Shown here one piece after another: positions 25,101 to 40,100 of a DNA stretch of 64,000 nucleotides (position 1 is its first letter; each line of letters opens with the position of its first letter). The DNA comes from Perna viridis. Its lineage: Eukaryota. Where the stretch lies: contig CM074512.1 of NCBI GenBank assembly GCA_037379345.1, positions 55,015,597-55,079,596 on the forward strand, written 5' to 3'. Under the pieces are notes generated by a model that saw only the letters and a program-made list of their open reading frames with translations, made no database searches and was not told where the DNA came from. The position numbers were made by a program, and so were the translations under genes.

Positions 25101-28100
25101 AGTGTCGAACGATTTTAGACTAACTAATTACAGCTATAACACACGTTTAAATTGATATTTACGAACCACGTACATTGTTGCAAAGATTTGAGAAAAACTG
25201 GTTTTGATGGCATCCGACTATATGCTATGCTTTTCGGTTTTTCGACATAATTTTTGTTTAGCACTTTGTCTTTTCAATTCATCCAGTCAAGTATATGCTT
25301 ATTTCACAAACAAATACGCTCAGAGTTTGTACGGTATCGTTATTTCTTCATGTTTAATATCCTGATATGATTGTTTCAAACTCCGACTCCATTCTTCATT
25401 GATGTTTACCGCTTTACAATAAAACACCATTCGGAGTAATTTCTTACTACATTCCAATAAAATAGTTCATGTTTCGTTTGATTTAAAGCCAGTTCCCCCT
25501 TAGTATTTCAATGTCATTGTATTTTATCATCTTTCAATCAAACACAAGCTGGAACGGTTGCATTTGAAAGGTTCCAACAACCATATTTTCCTGTCTTTTA
25601 AGTCGTTGTTGGGTTGGTTTAAGCCTGAAAGCTACGTTTTAGTTTAAGCGGCTAAATATCGTAGCTTCACTAGTATGTTTTGTTGACAATGCTTCACATA
25701 TAAGGAGATAATATTTATTGTAGAACGAGTTCCATGTAAGAAAAAATGCCACAAGAAGGCTAGATGCAGAAATGGAAAATGCGTTTGTAAGAAAGGCTAC
25801 AGAGGAAATGGAAGGATGTGCACAAAAATACCAGGTATCAAAAATTTATAAAATCAGCCATCACTTTTATCGTTTGCTGTAAGATAAAATGCTTCAAAGT
25901 TCAAATAAGTAAAGTGTAGATTGTCAGGAGTGTCCTCCCTAGTTCTGAAATCGAAAATTTTGATCGAAGATGTTCAATGAAGGAAAGATGGTATATTGAG
26001 TTGCATAGACGAACAAGATAGCTTGCAAATTATCAAAATTTAATAGTAAAACCAAATACCTTATAATAGAATATGTATTTTGTAATTTAATTGGCAGAAC
26101 AATGTTTGTCTTTCCTTGATACAAGTTACATCTTTAAATTAGATGTGTTGGGCTTGAATATATTTTCTACAAGAACGATTAATGTAAGTGGTGTCACATG
26201 TTTTATTTACATCTTTCAGTCAAGCCTTGGAAATGCTATCATTGGACACCAGCTGATTTGAAAGAACACGCAAAACTTGGACAGAAGAAAGTATGTGAAC
26301 GAAATGGAAGAGTGTTTACACGTGGATTGAACGGAAAATATCCAGGATGTAAAACTTGTTGGTGCTGTCAACCAAATAGTAAGCTGACTAATTATCTCTA
26401 TATATTTTAATGACAGGTAAAGAATTGCAAACCCTTAGTGTCGAACGATTTTAGACTAACTAATTACAGCTATAACACACGTTAAAATTGATATTTACGA
26501 ACCACGTACATTGTTGCAAAGATTTGAGAAAAACTGGTTTTGATGGCATCCGACTATATGCTATGCTTTTCGGTTTTTCGACATAATGTTTGTTTAGCAC
26601 TTTGTCTTTTCAATTCATCCAGTCAAGTATAATACTTATTTCACAAACAAATACGCTCAGAGTTTGTACGGTATCGTTGTGTTCATGTTTAATATCCTGA
26701 TATGACTGTTTCAAACTCCGACTCCATTCTTCATTGATGTTTACCGCTTTACAATAAAACACCATTCGGAGTAATTTCTTACTACATTCCAATAAAATAA
26801 TTTATGTTTCGTTTGATTTAAAGCCAGTTTCCCCCTTAGTATTTCAATGTCATTGTATTTTATCATCTTTCAATCAAACACACGCTGGAACGGTTGCATT
26901 TGAAAGGTTCCAACAACCATATTTTCCTGTCTTTTAAGTCGGTGTTGGATTGGTTTAAGCCTGAAAGCTACGTTTTAGTTTAAGCGGCTAAATATCGTAG
27001 CTTAACTAGTATGTTTTGTTGACAATGCTTCACATATAAGGAGATAATATTTATTGTAGAACGAGTTCCATGTAAGAAAAAATGCCACAAGAAGGCTAGA
27101 TGCAGAAATGGAAAATGCGTTTGTAAGAAAGGCTACAGAGGAAATGGAAGGATGTGCACAAAAATACCAGGTATCAAAAATTTATAAAATCAGCCATCGC
27201 TTTTATCGTTTGCTGTAAGATAAAATGCTTCAAAGTTCAAATAAGTAAAGTGTAGATTGTCAGGAATGTCCTCCCTAGTTCTGAAATCGAAAATTTTGAT
27301 CGAAGATGTTCAATGAAGGAAAGATGGTATATTGAGTTGCATAGACGAACAAGATAGCTTGCAAATTATCGAAATTTAATAGTAAAACCAAATACCTTAT
27401 AATGGAATATGTATTTTGTAATTTAATTGGCTGAACAATGTTTGTCTGTCCTTGATACAAGTTACATCTTTAAATTAGATGTGTTGGACTTGAATATATT
27501 TTCTACAAGAACGATTAATGTAAGTGGTGTCACATGTTTTATTTACATCTTTCAGTCAAGCCTTGGAAATGCTATCATTGGACACCAGCTGATTTGAAAG
27601 AACACGCAAAACTTGGACAGAAGAAAGTATGTGAACGAAATGGAAGAGTGTTTACACGTGGATTGAACGGAAAATATCCAGGATGTAAAACTTGTTGGTG
27701 CTGTCAACCAAATAGTAAGCTGACTAATTATCTCTATATATTTTAATGACAGGTAAAGAATTGCAAACCCTTAGTGTCGAACGATTTTAGACTAACTAAT
27801 TACAGCTATAACACACGTTAAAATTGATATTTACGAACCACGTACATTGTTGCAAAGATTTGAGAAAAACTGGTTTTGATGGCATCCGACTATATGCTAT
27901 GCTTTTCGGTTTTTCGACATAATGTTTGTTTAGCACTTTGTCTTTTCAATTCATCCAGTCAAGTATAATACTTATTTCACAAACAAATACGCTCAGAGTT
28001 TGTACGGTATCGTTGTGTTCATGTTTAATATCCTGATATGACTGTTTCAAACTCCGACTCCATTCTTCATTGATGTTTACCGCTTTACAATAAAACACCA

Positions 28101-31100
28101 TTCGGAGTAATTTCTTACTACATTCCAATAAAATAATTTATGTTTCGTTTGATTTAAAGCCAGTTTCCCCCTTAGTATTTCAATGTCATTGTATTTTATC
28201 ATCTTTCAATCAAACACACGCTGGAACGGTTGCATTTGAAAGGTTCCAACAACCATATTTTCCTGTCTTTTAAGTCGGTGTTGGATTGGTTTAAGCCTGA
28301 AAGCTACGTTTTAGTTTAAGCGGCTAAATATCGTAGCTTAACTAGTATGTTTTGTTGACAATGCTTCACATATAAGGAGATAATATTTATTGTAGAACGA
28401 GTTCCATGTAAGAAAAAATGCCACAAGAAGGCTAGATGCAGAAATGGAAAATGCGTTTGTAAGAAAGGCTACAGAGGAAATGGAAGGATGTGCACAAAAA
28501 TACCAGGTATCAAAAATTTATAAAATCAGCCATCGCTTTTATCGTTTGCTGTAAGATAAAATGCTTCAAAGTTCAAATAAGTAAAGTGTAGATTGTCAGG
28601 AATGTCCTCCCTAGTTCTGAAATCGAAAATTTTGATCGAAGATGTTCAATGAAGGAAAGATGGTATATTGAGTTGCATAGACGAACAAGATAGCTTGCAA
28701 ATTATCGAAATTTAATAGTAAAACCAAATACCTTATAATGGAATATGTATTTTGTAATTTAATTGGCTGAACAATGTTTGTCTGTCCTTGATACAAGTTA
28801 CATCTTTAAATTAGATGTGTTGGACTTGAATATATTTTCTACAAGAACGATTAATGTAAGTGGTGTCACATGTTTTATTTACATCTTTCAGTCAAGCCTT
28901 GGAAATGCTATCATTGGACACCAGCTGATTTGAAAGAACACGCAAAACTTGGACAGAAGAAAGTATGTGAACGAAATGGAAGAGTGTTTACACGTGGATT
29001 GAACGGAAAATATCCAGGATGTAAAACTTGTTGGTGCTGTCAACCAAATAGTAAGCTGACTAATTATTGATATATATTTTAATTTCAGGTAACAAATTGC
29101 AAACCCTTAGTGTCGAACGATTTTAGACTAACTAATTACAGCTATAACACACGTTTAAATTGATATTTACGAACCACGGACATTGTTGCAAAGATTTGAG
29201 AAAAACTGGTTTTGATGGCATCCGACTATATGCTATGCTTTTCGGTTTTTCGACATAATTTTTGTTTAGCACTTTGTCTTTTCAATTCATCCAGTCAAGT
29301 ATATGCTTATTTCACAAACAAATACGCTCAGAGTTTGTACGGTATCGTTATGTCTTCATGTTTAATATACTGATATGATTGTTTCAAACTCCGACTCCAT
29401 TCTTCATTGATGTTTACCGCTTTACAATAAAACACCATTCGGAGTAATTTCTTACTACATTCCAATAAAATAATTCATGTTTCGTTTGATTTAAAGCCAG
29501 TTCCCCCTTAGTATTTCAATGTCATTGTATTTTATCATCTTTCAATCAAACACACGCTGGAAAGGTTGCATTTGAAAGGTTCCAACAACCATATTTTCCT
29601 GTCTTTTAAGTCGTTGTTGGGTTGGTTTAAGCCTGAAAGCTACGTTTTAGTTTAAGCGGCTAAATATCGTAGCTTCACTAGTATGTTTTGTTGACAATGC
29701 TTCACATATAAGGAGATAATATTTATTGTAGAACGAGTTCCATGTAAGAAAAAATGCCACAAGAAGGCTAGATGCAGAAATGGAAAATGCGTTTGTAAGA
29801 AAGGCTACAGAGGAAATGGAAGGATGTGCACAAAAATACCAGGTATCAAAAATTTATAAAATCAGCCATCACTTTTATCGTTTGCTGTAAGATAAAATGC
29901 TTCAAAGTTCAAATAAGTAAAGTGTAGATTGTCAGGAGTGTCCTCCCTAGTTCTGAAATTGAAAATTTTGATCGAAGATGTTCAATGAAGGAAAGATGGT
30001 ATATTGAGTTGCATAGACGAACAAGATAGCTTGCAAATTATCGAAATTTAATAGTAAAACCAAATACCTTATAATAGAATATGTATTTTGTAATTTAATT
30101 GGCAGAACAATGTTTGTCTTTCCTTGATACAAGTTACAGCTTTACATTAGATGTTTTGGGCTTGAATATATTTTCTACAAGAACGATTAATGTAAGTGGT
30201 GTCACATGTTTTATTTACATCTTTCAGTCAAGCCTTGGAAATGCTATCATTGGACACCAGCTGATTTGAAAGAACACGCAAAACTTGGACAGAAGAAAGT
30301 ATGTGAACGAAATGGAAGAGTGTTTACACGTGGATTGAACGGAAAATATCCAGGATGTAAAACTTGTTGGTGCTGTCAACCAAATAGTAAGCTGACTAAT
30401 TATTGATATATATTTTAATTTCAGGTAACAAATTGCAAACCCTTAGTGTCGAACGATTTTAGACTAACTAATTACAGCTATAACACACGTTTAAATTGAT
30501 ATTTACGAACCACGGACATTGTTGCAAAGATTTGAGAAAAACTGGTTTTGATGGCATCCGACTATATGCTATGCTTTTCGGTTTTTCGACATAATTTTTG
30601 TTTAGCACTTTGTCTTTTCAATTCATCCAGTCAAGTATATGCTTATTTCACAAACAAATACGCTCAGAGTTTGTACAGTATCGTTATGTCTTCATGTTTA
30701 ATATCCTGATATGATTGTTTCAAACTCCGACTCCATTCTTCATTGATGTTTACCGCTTTACAATAAAACACCATTCGGAGTAATTTCTTACTACATTCCA
30801 ATAAAATAGTTTATGTTTCGTTTGATTTAAAGCCAGTTCCCCCTTAGTATTTCAATGTCATTGTATTTTATCATCTTTCAATCAAACACACGCTGGAACG
30901 GTTGCATTTGAAAGGTTCCAACAACCATATTTTCCTGTCTTTTAAGTCGTTGTTGGGTTGGTTTAAGCCTGAAAGCTACGTTTTAGTTTAAGCGGCTAAA
31001 TATCGTAGCTTCACTAGTATGTTTTGTTGACAATGCTTCACATATAAGGAGATAATATTTATTGTAGAACGAGTTCCATGTAAGAAAAAATGCCACAAGA

Positions 31101-34100
31101 AGGCTAGATGCAGAAATGGAAAATGCGTTTGTAAGAAAGGCTACAGAGGAAATGGAAGGATGTGCACAAAAATACCAGGTATCAAAAATTTATAAAATCA
31201 GCCATCACTTTTATCGTTTGCTGTAAGATAAAATGCTTCAAAGTTCAAATAAGTAAAGTGTAGATTGTCAGGAGTGTCCTCCCTAGTTCTGAAATCGAAA
31301 ATTTTGATCGAAGATGTTCAATGAAGGAAAGATGGTATATTGAGTTGCATAGACGAACAAGATAGCTTGCAAATTATCAAAATTTAATAGTAAAACCAAA
31401 TACCTTATAATAGAATATGTATTTTGTAATTTAATTGGCAGAACAATGTTTGTCTTTCCTTGATACAAGTTACATCTTTAAATTAGATGTGTTGGGCTTG
31501 AATATATTTTCTACAAGAACGATTAATGTAAGTGGTGTCACATGTTTTATTTACATCTTTCAGTCAAGCCTTGGAAATGCTATCATTGGACACCAGCTGA
31601 TTTGAAAGAACACGCAAAACTTGGACAGAAGAAAGTATGTGAACGAAATGGAAGAGTGTTTACACGTGGATTGAACGGAAAATATCCAGGATGTAAAACT
31701 TGTTGGTGCTGTCAACCAAATAGTAAGCTGACTAATTATTGATATATTTTCTACGACAAGGTAATAATACAAACCATTTTTTGCCAATTGTTTGAATCAT
31801 TACAGCTATATCTAATTTTTAAAGTTATTTTTAAATCAGTTTTATAACACGCAGAAAATGGTATACCTTTTTTAAAGTTAATTTGACTATTTGCACTACC
31901 AGAATTATGGAAAATTTGGATTGTTCATATTACTTTGATATATTGAGTTGATTTCATCGCACTAACAATGAACAAAGCAAGGGCATATAACTCTGTCAAA
32001 TACTATTTTTTTCTTGCATTTTTATAAAAATTATTTTAGTAAATCAAGTGATGCTGAGTTCAAATAATGGTCTTTTCAAGTATAGAACAAATACATGAGT
32101 GTAGTTATTTTCTGAAATTATTAAAAAAAACATGTATTTATTTTTCTTTTAGGAAAACATTCAAATTAGATTCAATGACTTATCTCAAATTCCAATGTTT
32201 TTTGTATAGGATGTCCAATACCACTCAACATACATAAGTTACTGTAGACGTATTATATTTCTCGGTTGCTAATTTCTGCAGATTATGTCAGTTGAACATA
32301 TTCGCCGCTGTCAATGTTAGCGGTTTCAAAAATTATCAGTAATATGTAGTTATATATATCAACTTCATAGGAACTGTTTTTGCTCTTTTCTTTCCACCCT
32401 GAACAAAATGCAAAAAATGTTAACAGTAGGTTAGCGTTTAAATATGATTTATCTCCTTTTCGAAAAATTTCAATTTGATTTTGGTGCTGCTGGTGAGATG
32501 TTACTCGCTTAAACACGTGCACAACATACCAACATTTGCAATTCTATATGATTGATACTTTTGTAAGTAATAACCAATGGGTCCCAAAAGGTATTCACCA
32601 ACCCAGTAGTCAAACTTGTCTGACCACGAATCGTTTTATTAATCTTTTGACAAAATTTTCAACAAAACTGTTTTAAAATTCATAAAACACTTAGACTCCA
32701 TTCCTTGTATTGCACATACACAGGAAAAAATGAAACATATGTTTTCATATGTTTAAAAAATATGGAAACATGTTTAGGACCGGTATGGAAAGATATCTAG
32801 TTTTGCCTATTAAACCACATGAATTGCGTATTTTGTCTCAATTCAAGTGGAAACATATGCATTCAATGAAATAATCTGGGAAACATTTCTTTACCTAATA
32901 ATAGTATAATGAGATGGTATTATCTATTTATATTTTAAGTGAAGGCATATATTTTATCATGATTATTGATTTATGAAACGCCAATTTTCCCGACACCAAT
33001 AGGCAAGGCACTTATTTTGTAATATGGCTTGCGCTAATTATATTTGTAATTGTGAAGTAATCAATATTATATAACAAAAGTGTGATACATTTCATATTTA
33101 TCGAATAAAAATCATAGATATATCATATATGTAGTTATAGGTCCGATGTGTGGATCCAAGGTCTGTAATAGAAACGCTAATTGTCAGAACGGTCGATGTG
33201 TTTGTAAGAGAGGTTTTACTGGAGATGGTGTTTCTAGTTGCGTTGGTATGTACTTTTTATACAATTGAACAAGGTTTTGATTCTAAAATGAGTAATTTGA
33301 AAACTGCGATGGCGTTTAGTTATAGAAGTGATAAAGACACCCAAAAAGAAACCCAAATTTTGTATAAACATTATTTTAGTCAGTAAGTGCAGTTTAAAGA
33401 CGATTCACATAAACGACATGATAATTTGTATATTACAATAGACCCTATCGTGTTTACTTCCGCTGGGTAAGTCTTCGGTAAAACAAAATAATTTTCATTT
33501 GCGAAATTGTATAATGAACATGCCACACGCATGCTCATCTATTATCCCACAGTAAACAGGAAAGATCTATAAGGGCACATATTTCAAGTTCAAATAACTC
33601 ATCTATTATCCCACAGTAAACAGGAAAGATCTATAAGGGCACATATTTCAAATTCAATTTGAATTAAACCTTTTCATTTTATACTAATTAGGTACCTGCA
33701 CATGCTCGGCCACTGGCGATCCTCACTATGTAACGTTCGATAGACAACTTATTCACTTTATGGGTATCTGTACTTATACCATGGTTAAAACGAAGACAAG
33801 TGATAGGTGTGGTGGGTTTGAAGTTCGTGTGAAGAACGAGCACCGGGGACGAAACAAAAGAGTGTCTTTCACAAAATATGTTTTGATAATATTAAAGAGC
33901 TCAACTATTAAACTTGGTAAAAAGAACTCTATATTTGTAAGTTAAACCTTTAGTATATTTCATAGTTACTTTGCGTTCTTAGTGACTATATAAAATTAAT
34001 TAAATGTATTAGCGAAACGAAAAACAAATAATATTCTGTGAATTGTTAAGATAATGGTAATAATTCCATCTTCCATTACTTCCATTAAAACAAACAAAAC

Positions 34101-37100
34101 CTTGAAATGCAAAAAAATGTCATGAAGATTAAAAAATTTTTTATGAAGATTATTTATCTCCGACTGTTTAAATACAATGATCCAGTTACTTCAATGAGAC
34201 GATGAAGTAGGTTTTAATCTAAGTAAGACATGTGTGGGACAAGAGGATCAAGCCGCACCCTTACAATGCGCTTTCAGCTAAAAACCAACCAAATAAAACC
34301 AGAGAGATTACATTACCGCTATAACCTTGGTTCCCTTTATTACTCTTTCAACTTTATCATTCGGCAGTTGATTTTTTGTTGATTTTGTAAAATCAATGTT
34401 CTAGGTAAATAACATCAGAGTTTACTCACCATATTCCGGTTCTAACTTCCGGATCGTCCTAACAGGGAGAAATGTTCGAGTGGAATCAAACTGTGGATTT
34501 AGGGTAACATGGGATGGAAATTCAGCAGCCACTGTAACAATTCCTAAAACGTATAGTGGTAAGATCAATGGAATATGTGGAGACTGCAATGGGAAAAAAG
34601 ACGATTTTAAAACTGCAAAAGGTGTCGATGTGAGCAAAAAGAAGGACAAATTCGTACAGATTGGAATGAGTTATATCGCTGGAAATAATAATGATCTGAA
34701 CAAAAGGTAATAGTTTTATTTTCCCAATTTTATTTAAAGTTACAAATATAAAAATATCAGTATTAAATATTAAAAATTTAGACATGCTGTATGCATGTTT
34801 CAAGGAATGTCCTCTCATCAGCAGCACTATAATCAATTGTAATGGAAGATATGAATTCAAAGATTGATTATATACAAGAGGCACTCAAAACCAAATTTAA
34901 AACTATCGAAATAAAAAGCCAACTTTATCACCAAGAGATTCTACAATATGCAATACAAGGAGTGAAGCCTCAGTGTTTTAAGTATTTTGACATTATTAAA
35001 ACTGCAAATTCTAATGAATTTGATAAACAAAATTTGATAATATTCGGGGTGAGACGAGTCTGCCTTATAGGTTGGTGAATACCTACAACGACCTTTGGTC
35101 CACCAGCAGTGGCATCGATCAAATGGTTATTAAATACATATATACCAATCAAATGTAATGCAAATTACGATATGGTCTAAACGTGTTTCACGGAGTAACC
35201 TCTCACCAGCAGTATTATAATCTACTATATAGGAAGATCTATATTCAAATATTGATTGTAGACAAGACGTACACAAAACCAAAAGTATTTTTCAACAAAC
35301 AATTATACAATGACCACATATGTCAATTTCCTTGTGAGCAGTCTTAATGTGATTTTTATAGCGTGTAATTGTTTTTAATTTTAGGATAATATATACATTC
35401 TTAAACTTTCTGCAATTGTGTATTGATTTAGGTGTGCAGTCAACGATGTATCAGACCCATGCACTCCTGACAAAAAAGCGAAAGCTGTAAAAGCATGCTC
35501 ACATCTGAACCCAGGTTTACGAATGAGTCCGTTCATGCCATGTGCAGCTAAAGAAAAAGACGTAATGACCGATATGTACAAATCTTGTTTATTTGACGCC
35601 TGCAGTAATATTGGAGAGCCACACCTACAAGAAATCATATGTAATATACACGCAGGAGCCGCGGAGCAATGTGAGGACTTGGGAATTCCCATCAAGTGGA
35701 GGAGAGCCGATTTTTGTCGTAAGTACATAGAAACTGATTTAAATTTCCTAAAATACACTGCTTTTAATATTACTTTTATGTTAAACTGTTGTTTGAAAAT
35801 CTTAATTATTTTAAAAAAAAATAATGTATTAATCAAGACTTATTGGTCGAAATAAAACAAGAACCAAGGAATTAAAGAAACAGTTAAATTGATTATTAAA
35901 TTAAGACATTAAAGTCAATAATTTGACAGCTTGCTATTGCGAAGTAAATACCACCAAATATAAAGTTTAAACACTGCCTATAGAAGAAATAGTTCACATT
36001 GTAAAGAAACCTATCGTACAAATGATGCTTTTTCTGTCTACATAGGCAATATTTTAACGTAACGATAGTCGGTTCTGTATTTTATTCCATGCATTCATTC
36101 CCCACTGTATTCAACCAAATCAAACCCAATTAAGAACGATAACGATAACTGCAAAGTGCCTATTTCATACACGATCTATACATTTTTTATCTCAAAATTT
36201 CAACTTTTTTTTTTTGACATGCAAGAATCACCCCCTATCTGATTTTTATAAAGACTGCTGTTTAATATTGAAAATCACAGCAAGACAGTTAATTGATGAA
36301 GCATCAGTAACAAAACTACTTTTGTAACTTTTTGTTTTATAGATGTAAGGTTTAATCGTTATTTGCAGGCGGATCAATAACAATCGATATCTCTCCACTT
36401 TCTGATTTTTTTTCTGTGTATATAATGATTCATAAAAAAATAACATTTCAGCTTTAAAGTGTCCATATAATATGGAATACAGTTCATCAGTATCTGGTTG
36501 TCCTGCTACCTGTGTAGACCCCAATGCTGAAGCTTTGTGTTTAAGTCCAAATACAGAGGGTTGTAAATGCAAACATGGATTTGTACTTAGCAACGATAAA
36601 TGTGTGAGGAAGAGTCAGTGTGGTTGTGTCGGACCTAACAGACAATATTACCCGGTATAGATTATATAGATTATGGATCGGTTAAGAAAACAATAAGTAT
36701 ATACTAAATAACCCTATTAACTTACCTCAAAGATCCTGAATAACAAGAAGAGAGATTTTTTATTTAGAGTTTAAACTACAATGTGTTAAAAGACCAAGAT
36801 TTACTTGGTTTTAGCTATATATTCAAGAAACATTAACAAATAAAAGAAATACACAGTGCATTTTTCAAGTTATAACTTAAGGAAGTGATTGTTTGGTATT
36901 TTTATGTAGACGCAAAGCTTTCGTTATTGGCAGATTCGCATATTTCCGTTGGTTGGTTATTACCGATATCAAAACATAATGGTCAATATATTGACGTCTT
37001 CAAGTAAATTGTCTCAAACTATAAAAATAGATATAAAACAGTTTCTTGATAAAACTACAGGTCCGTATTTCCACAAGAAGAGATTGGGGAAAACCATAAA

Positions 37101-40100
37101 TCTGTGCTATCCTCTTTTGGTCTCTCTACCAAGAACGATGATTGTGATTTACCGTCTATGTACTGGATTCCTAAACTTCACAAGAATCCATACAAATAAC
37201 GTTTCATGGCTGGATCTGCAAAATGTACCACCAAACCTCTTTCAAAACTTTTAAATTCTATACTCAAAGCTGTCAAAGAGGGTCTGCAGTCCTACCACAA
37301 CACTTGTTACTCCCGAAAGATTCGAAAGATCTTTTGGAGACAATCAGTTCGAGACTATTATCTGAATATAATAGCATTAAAACATATGATTTTTCAATAC
37401 TGTATACTTCTATTCCCCATACTCAGTTAACATCCCGACTTAAAAACATTATACATCGTTGTTTTTCCAAAAAAGATGGTACACCTAGATACAAATATAT
37501 AGTTCTTGGTAGAGATTCCTGTAAAAAATAATTCCAAATCATCTTCCAAATATACAGAGGAAGATGTTTACAAAATGCTGGAATTTTTAATCGACAACAT
37601 ATTTGCCCAGTGTGGTGGACGTGTTTTTCAACAAACGGTCGGCATTCCAATTGGAACAAATTGTGCTCCTTTACTTGCTGACCTATTTCTTCACTATTAT
37701 GAGGCTAACTTTATAGCTGATTTGATCAGAAAGAAAGAATATCGTTTGGCTAAATCCTTCAATCTCAGTTTCCGCTATATAGATGACGTCTTATCTTTAA
37801 ACAATCCTAATTTCGAGGATTTGATACATCGCATCTACCCAAAAGAACTTGAGATAAAGGATACTACAGACACTGTAAAGTCAGCCTCATATCTTGACCT
37901 ACACTTGGAAATCGATGGTAAAGGAAAACTATTGACCAAACCTTACGACAAACGTGATAACTTTTCATTCAGAATTGTCAACTATCCTTTCATCTGTGGC
38001 AACATCCTTTCGGTTCCTGCGTATGGAGTGTTCATATCACAACTCATACGTTATGCCAGAGCTTGTCGAAACTACGCAGACTTTTTGTATCTCGCTAGAA
38101 GTCTAACAAATAGGCTTCTGGAACAGGGTTATGTTGCTACAAGATTGAAGTCATCACTACAGAAGTTTTATGGTCGTTATCATGAACTCGTGGATCGTTA
38201 TGATGTATCCATCAGCACCATGAAAACTAATTTATTCAACGGGTCATAGTTTGCCTTTCCTCGTTTGTCTACCCCGGACTTGACATTTTATGAGCAACTC
38301 GGCGGGTCTTTCTAGAAAGGCAGAGGACGCTTACCCTACCGGTGTTGGTCCATGCTCCCAGTTTTTAGTGGAGTCCAAGTTGCTCATTTACTTTTGTTAC
38401 TTTGTATGTATGATTTTAGTTACTTTAAGATCTTTGTTGTGTGTGTCTGTTTTCCGTGTCTGGTCTTTGTCCCTTGATTACATTCTTTTGATTACTGCTA
38501 TAACCTTGGTTCTCTTGATTACTCTTTAAGCGGAGGGTTCAAAACTGTATTGTAACATATAGCCTTCATTAATTTTATATGCAAATTCATAACTCTAACT
38601 GTTTACAAATTTACGGATGAGTACATTTTTTGGGGTTTTTTTAACATCATTTGATACAAATATTAATTAGTTAACTTTTTCTCATTCGTTACAATTAATA
38701 ATATTTTTTACTCCACAGCTCAAAGATTGTTACATATTGATATATTGCGATTCGACATAATTAGTATCACTTCCATTTATAAATTACTTATAGCTAAATG
38801 CCTTGATAACGACCTCCGATTGTTCAGTAGTAACACAGTGTAAGATCGTTAGAGGATCTCCTGTTCTTGTGACGATAAGAAAACAAAAGTGTCATAAAAA
38901 TGCCAGATGTGTCCCTAGAAACGGTGGCTACAAATGTGTATGCAAGAAATTCTTCAAAGGAAATGGCGTTGATGTCTGTAAAAGTAAGTTTGAAAAGTTA
39001 TCAATGATGATAAAGTTAGATAATTCATTAGTGCTGTATGATATTTTTAATAGTTCAGATCTTCGAAATTCGGTTCAATCACAATGAATATGAATCTGAA
39101 ACAACTACACCATTAAACTATACACTTTTGTTTTATAGGACTATGCCTTAAACGTTATTGTCCCAAACGTTGCCCAGGTGGCTACAAAAAGAATCGATAT
39201 GGATGCAGAACTTGTGCTTGTATAGGTAAGGCTTTTTCTGATTTCTTTGTAGGTCGGTCTTAGTTTGTACTGGCATACGAGACCACCTAACATGCCATGA
39301 ACTCTACTGACTGAATGTAACATTTTGATGATATATTGAAAATTATTCAAAATGATTCGTACATAAATTTGTATCCATATCCAACGTCCTGTCAATTGTT
39401 GCCTAATACCTACCACCGACCAATAAAAAATACATTAAGAAACACACTAAATTCATTTTGGTTTAGTTTTATATGACAATTAGCTTTTCTCACAACTTTG
39501 TTACCAGATACATTTACCCGATCCAGGTCTATAGTCATGAGCAATATTGTGAGTATTTCTATTCCGTAAAATATAATTAGCCCAGTCACACCGAGCTTTT
39601 CATAGTCATTTATTCATGACAAATATGATATGCTTGCAATGAGAATGTTGCAAAAATAATACAGATATCATGTTCCATCTTAACCATGGAACTATTCTTT
39701 CTGTTACAAACGTGATCATCAAACTGTTCAAACGCTTATTTAATTGTTTACAAATTACAAAAAAAAATGTTAATTGCACTCCATAGCATTATATCATAAG
39801 TATTCATGCAAATGACTAGCGCTTAATAATTTATCGGTTTATCAATGTCATATGCAGAAAAAAAAAAAACAAAAAAACACACAAATCCGCAATTTGAATT
39901 TTGATATGAAGGTGTTTACTTTTGTACATGCCTCACACACTCTTCATTTCACTTAGGACTTTTTCCTAAAACAAGAAATCGGAGTATACTACTTTTCCTA
40001 TTATTACTTTTCTACAACATTAAATTATATCATTTGACCGCTGATTTGTTTATCTCAAAACATATTTTAATTTAGTAATTTGACTTTTAAAAACATAGAA

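Noticed and set aside
4767-31468. Repeated minus-strand 60-61-aa ORFs (MYQGKTNIV..., MECSKK...)
   Set aside because: They are intronic, broken by stops in some copies (for example units 1-2), and recur only because the DNA is repeated.
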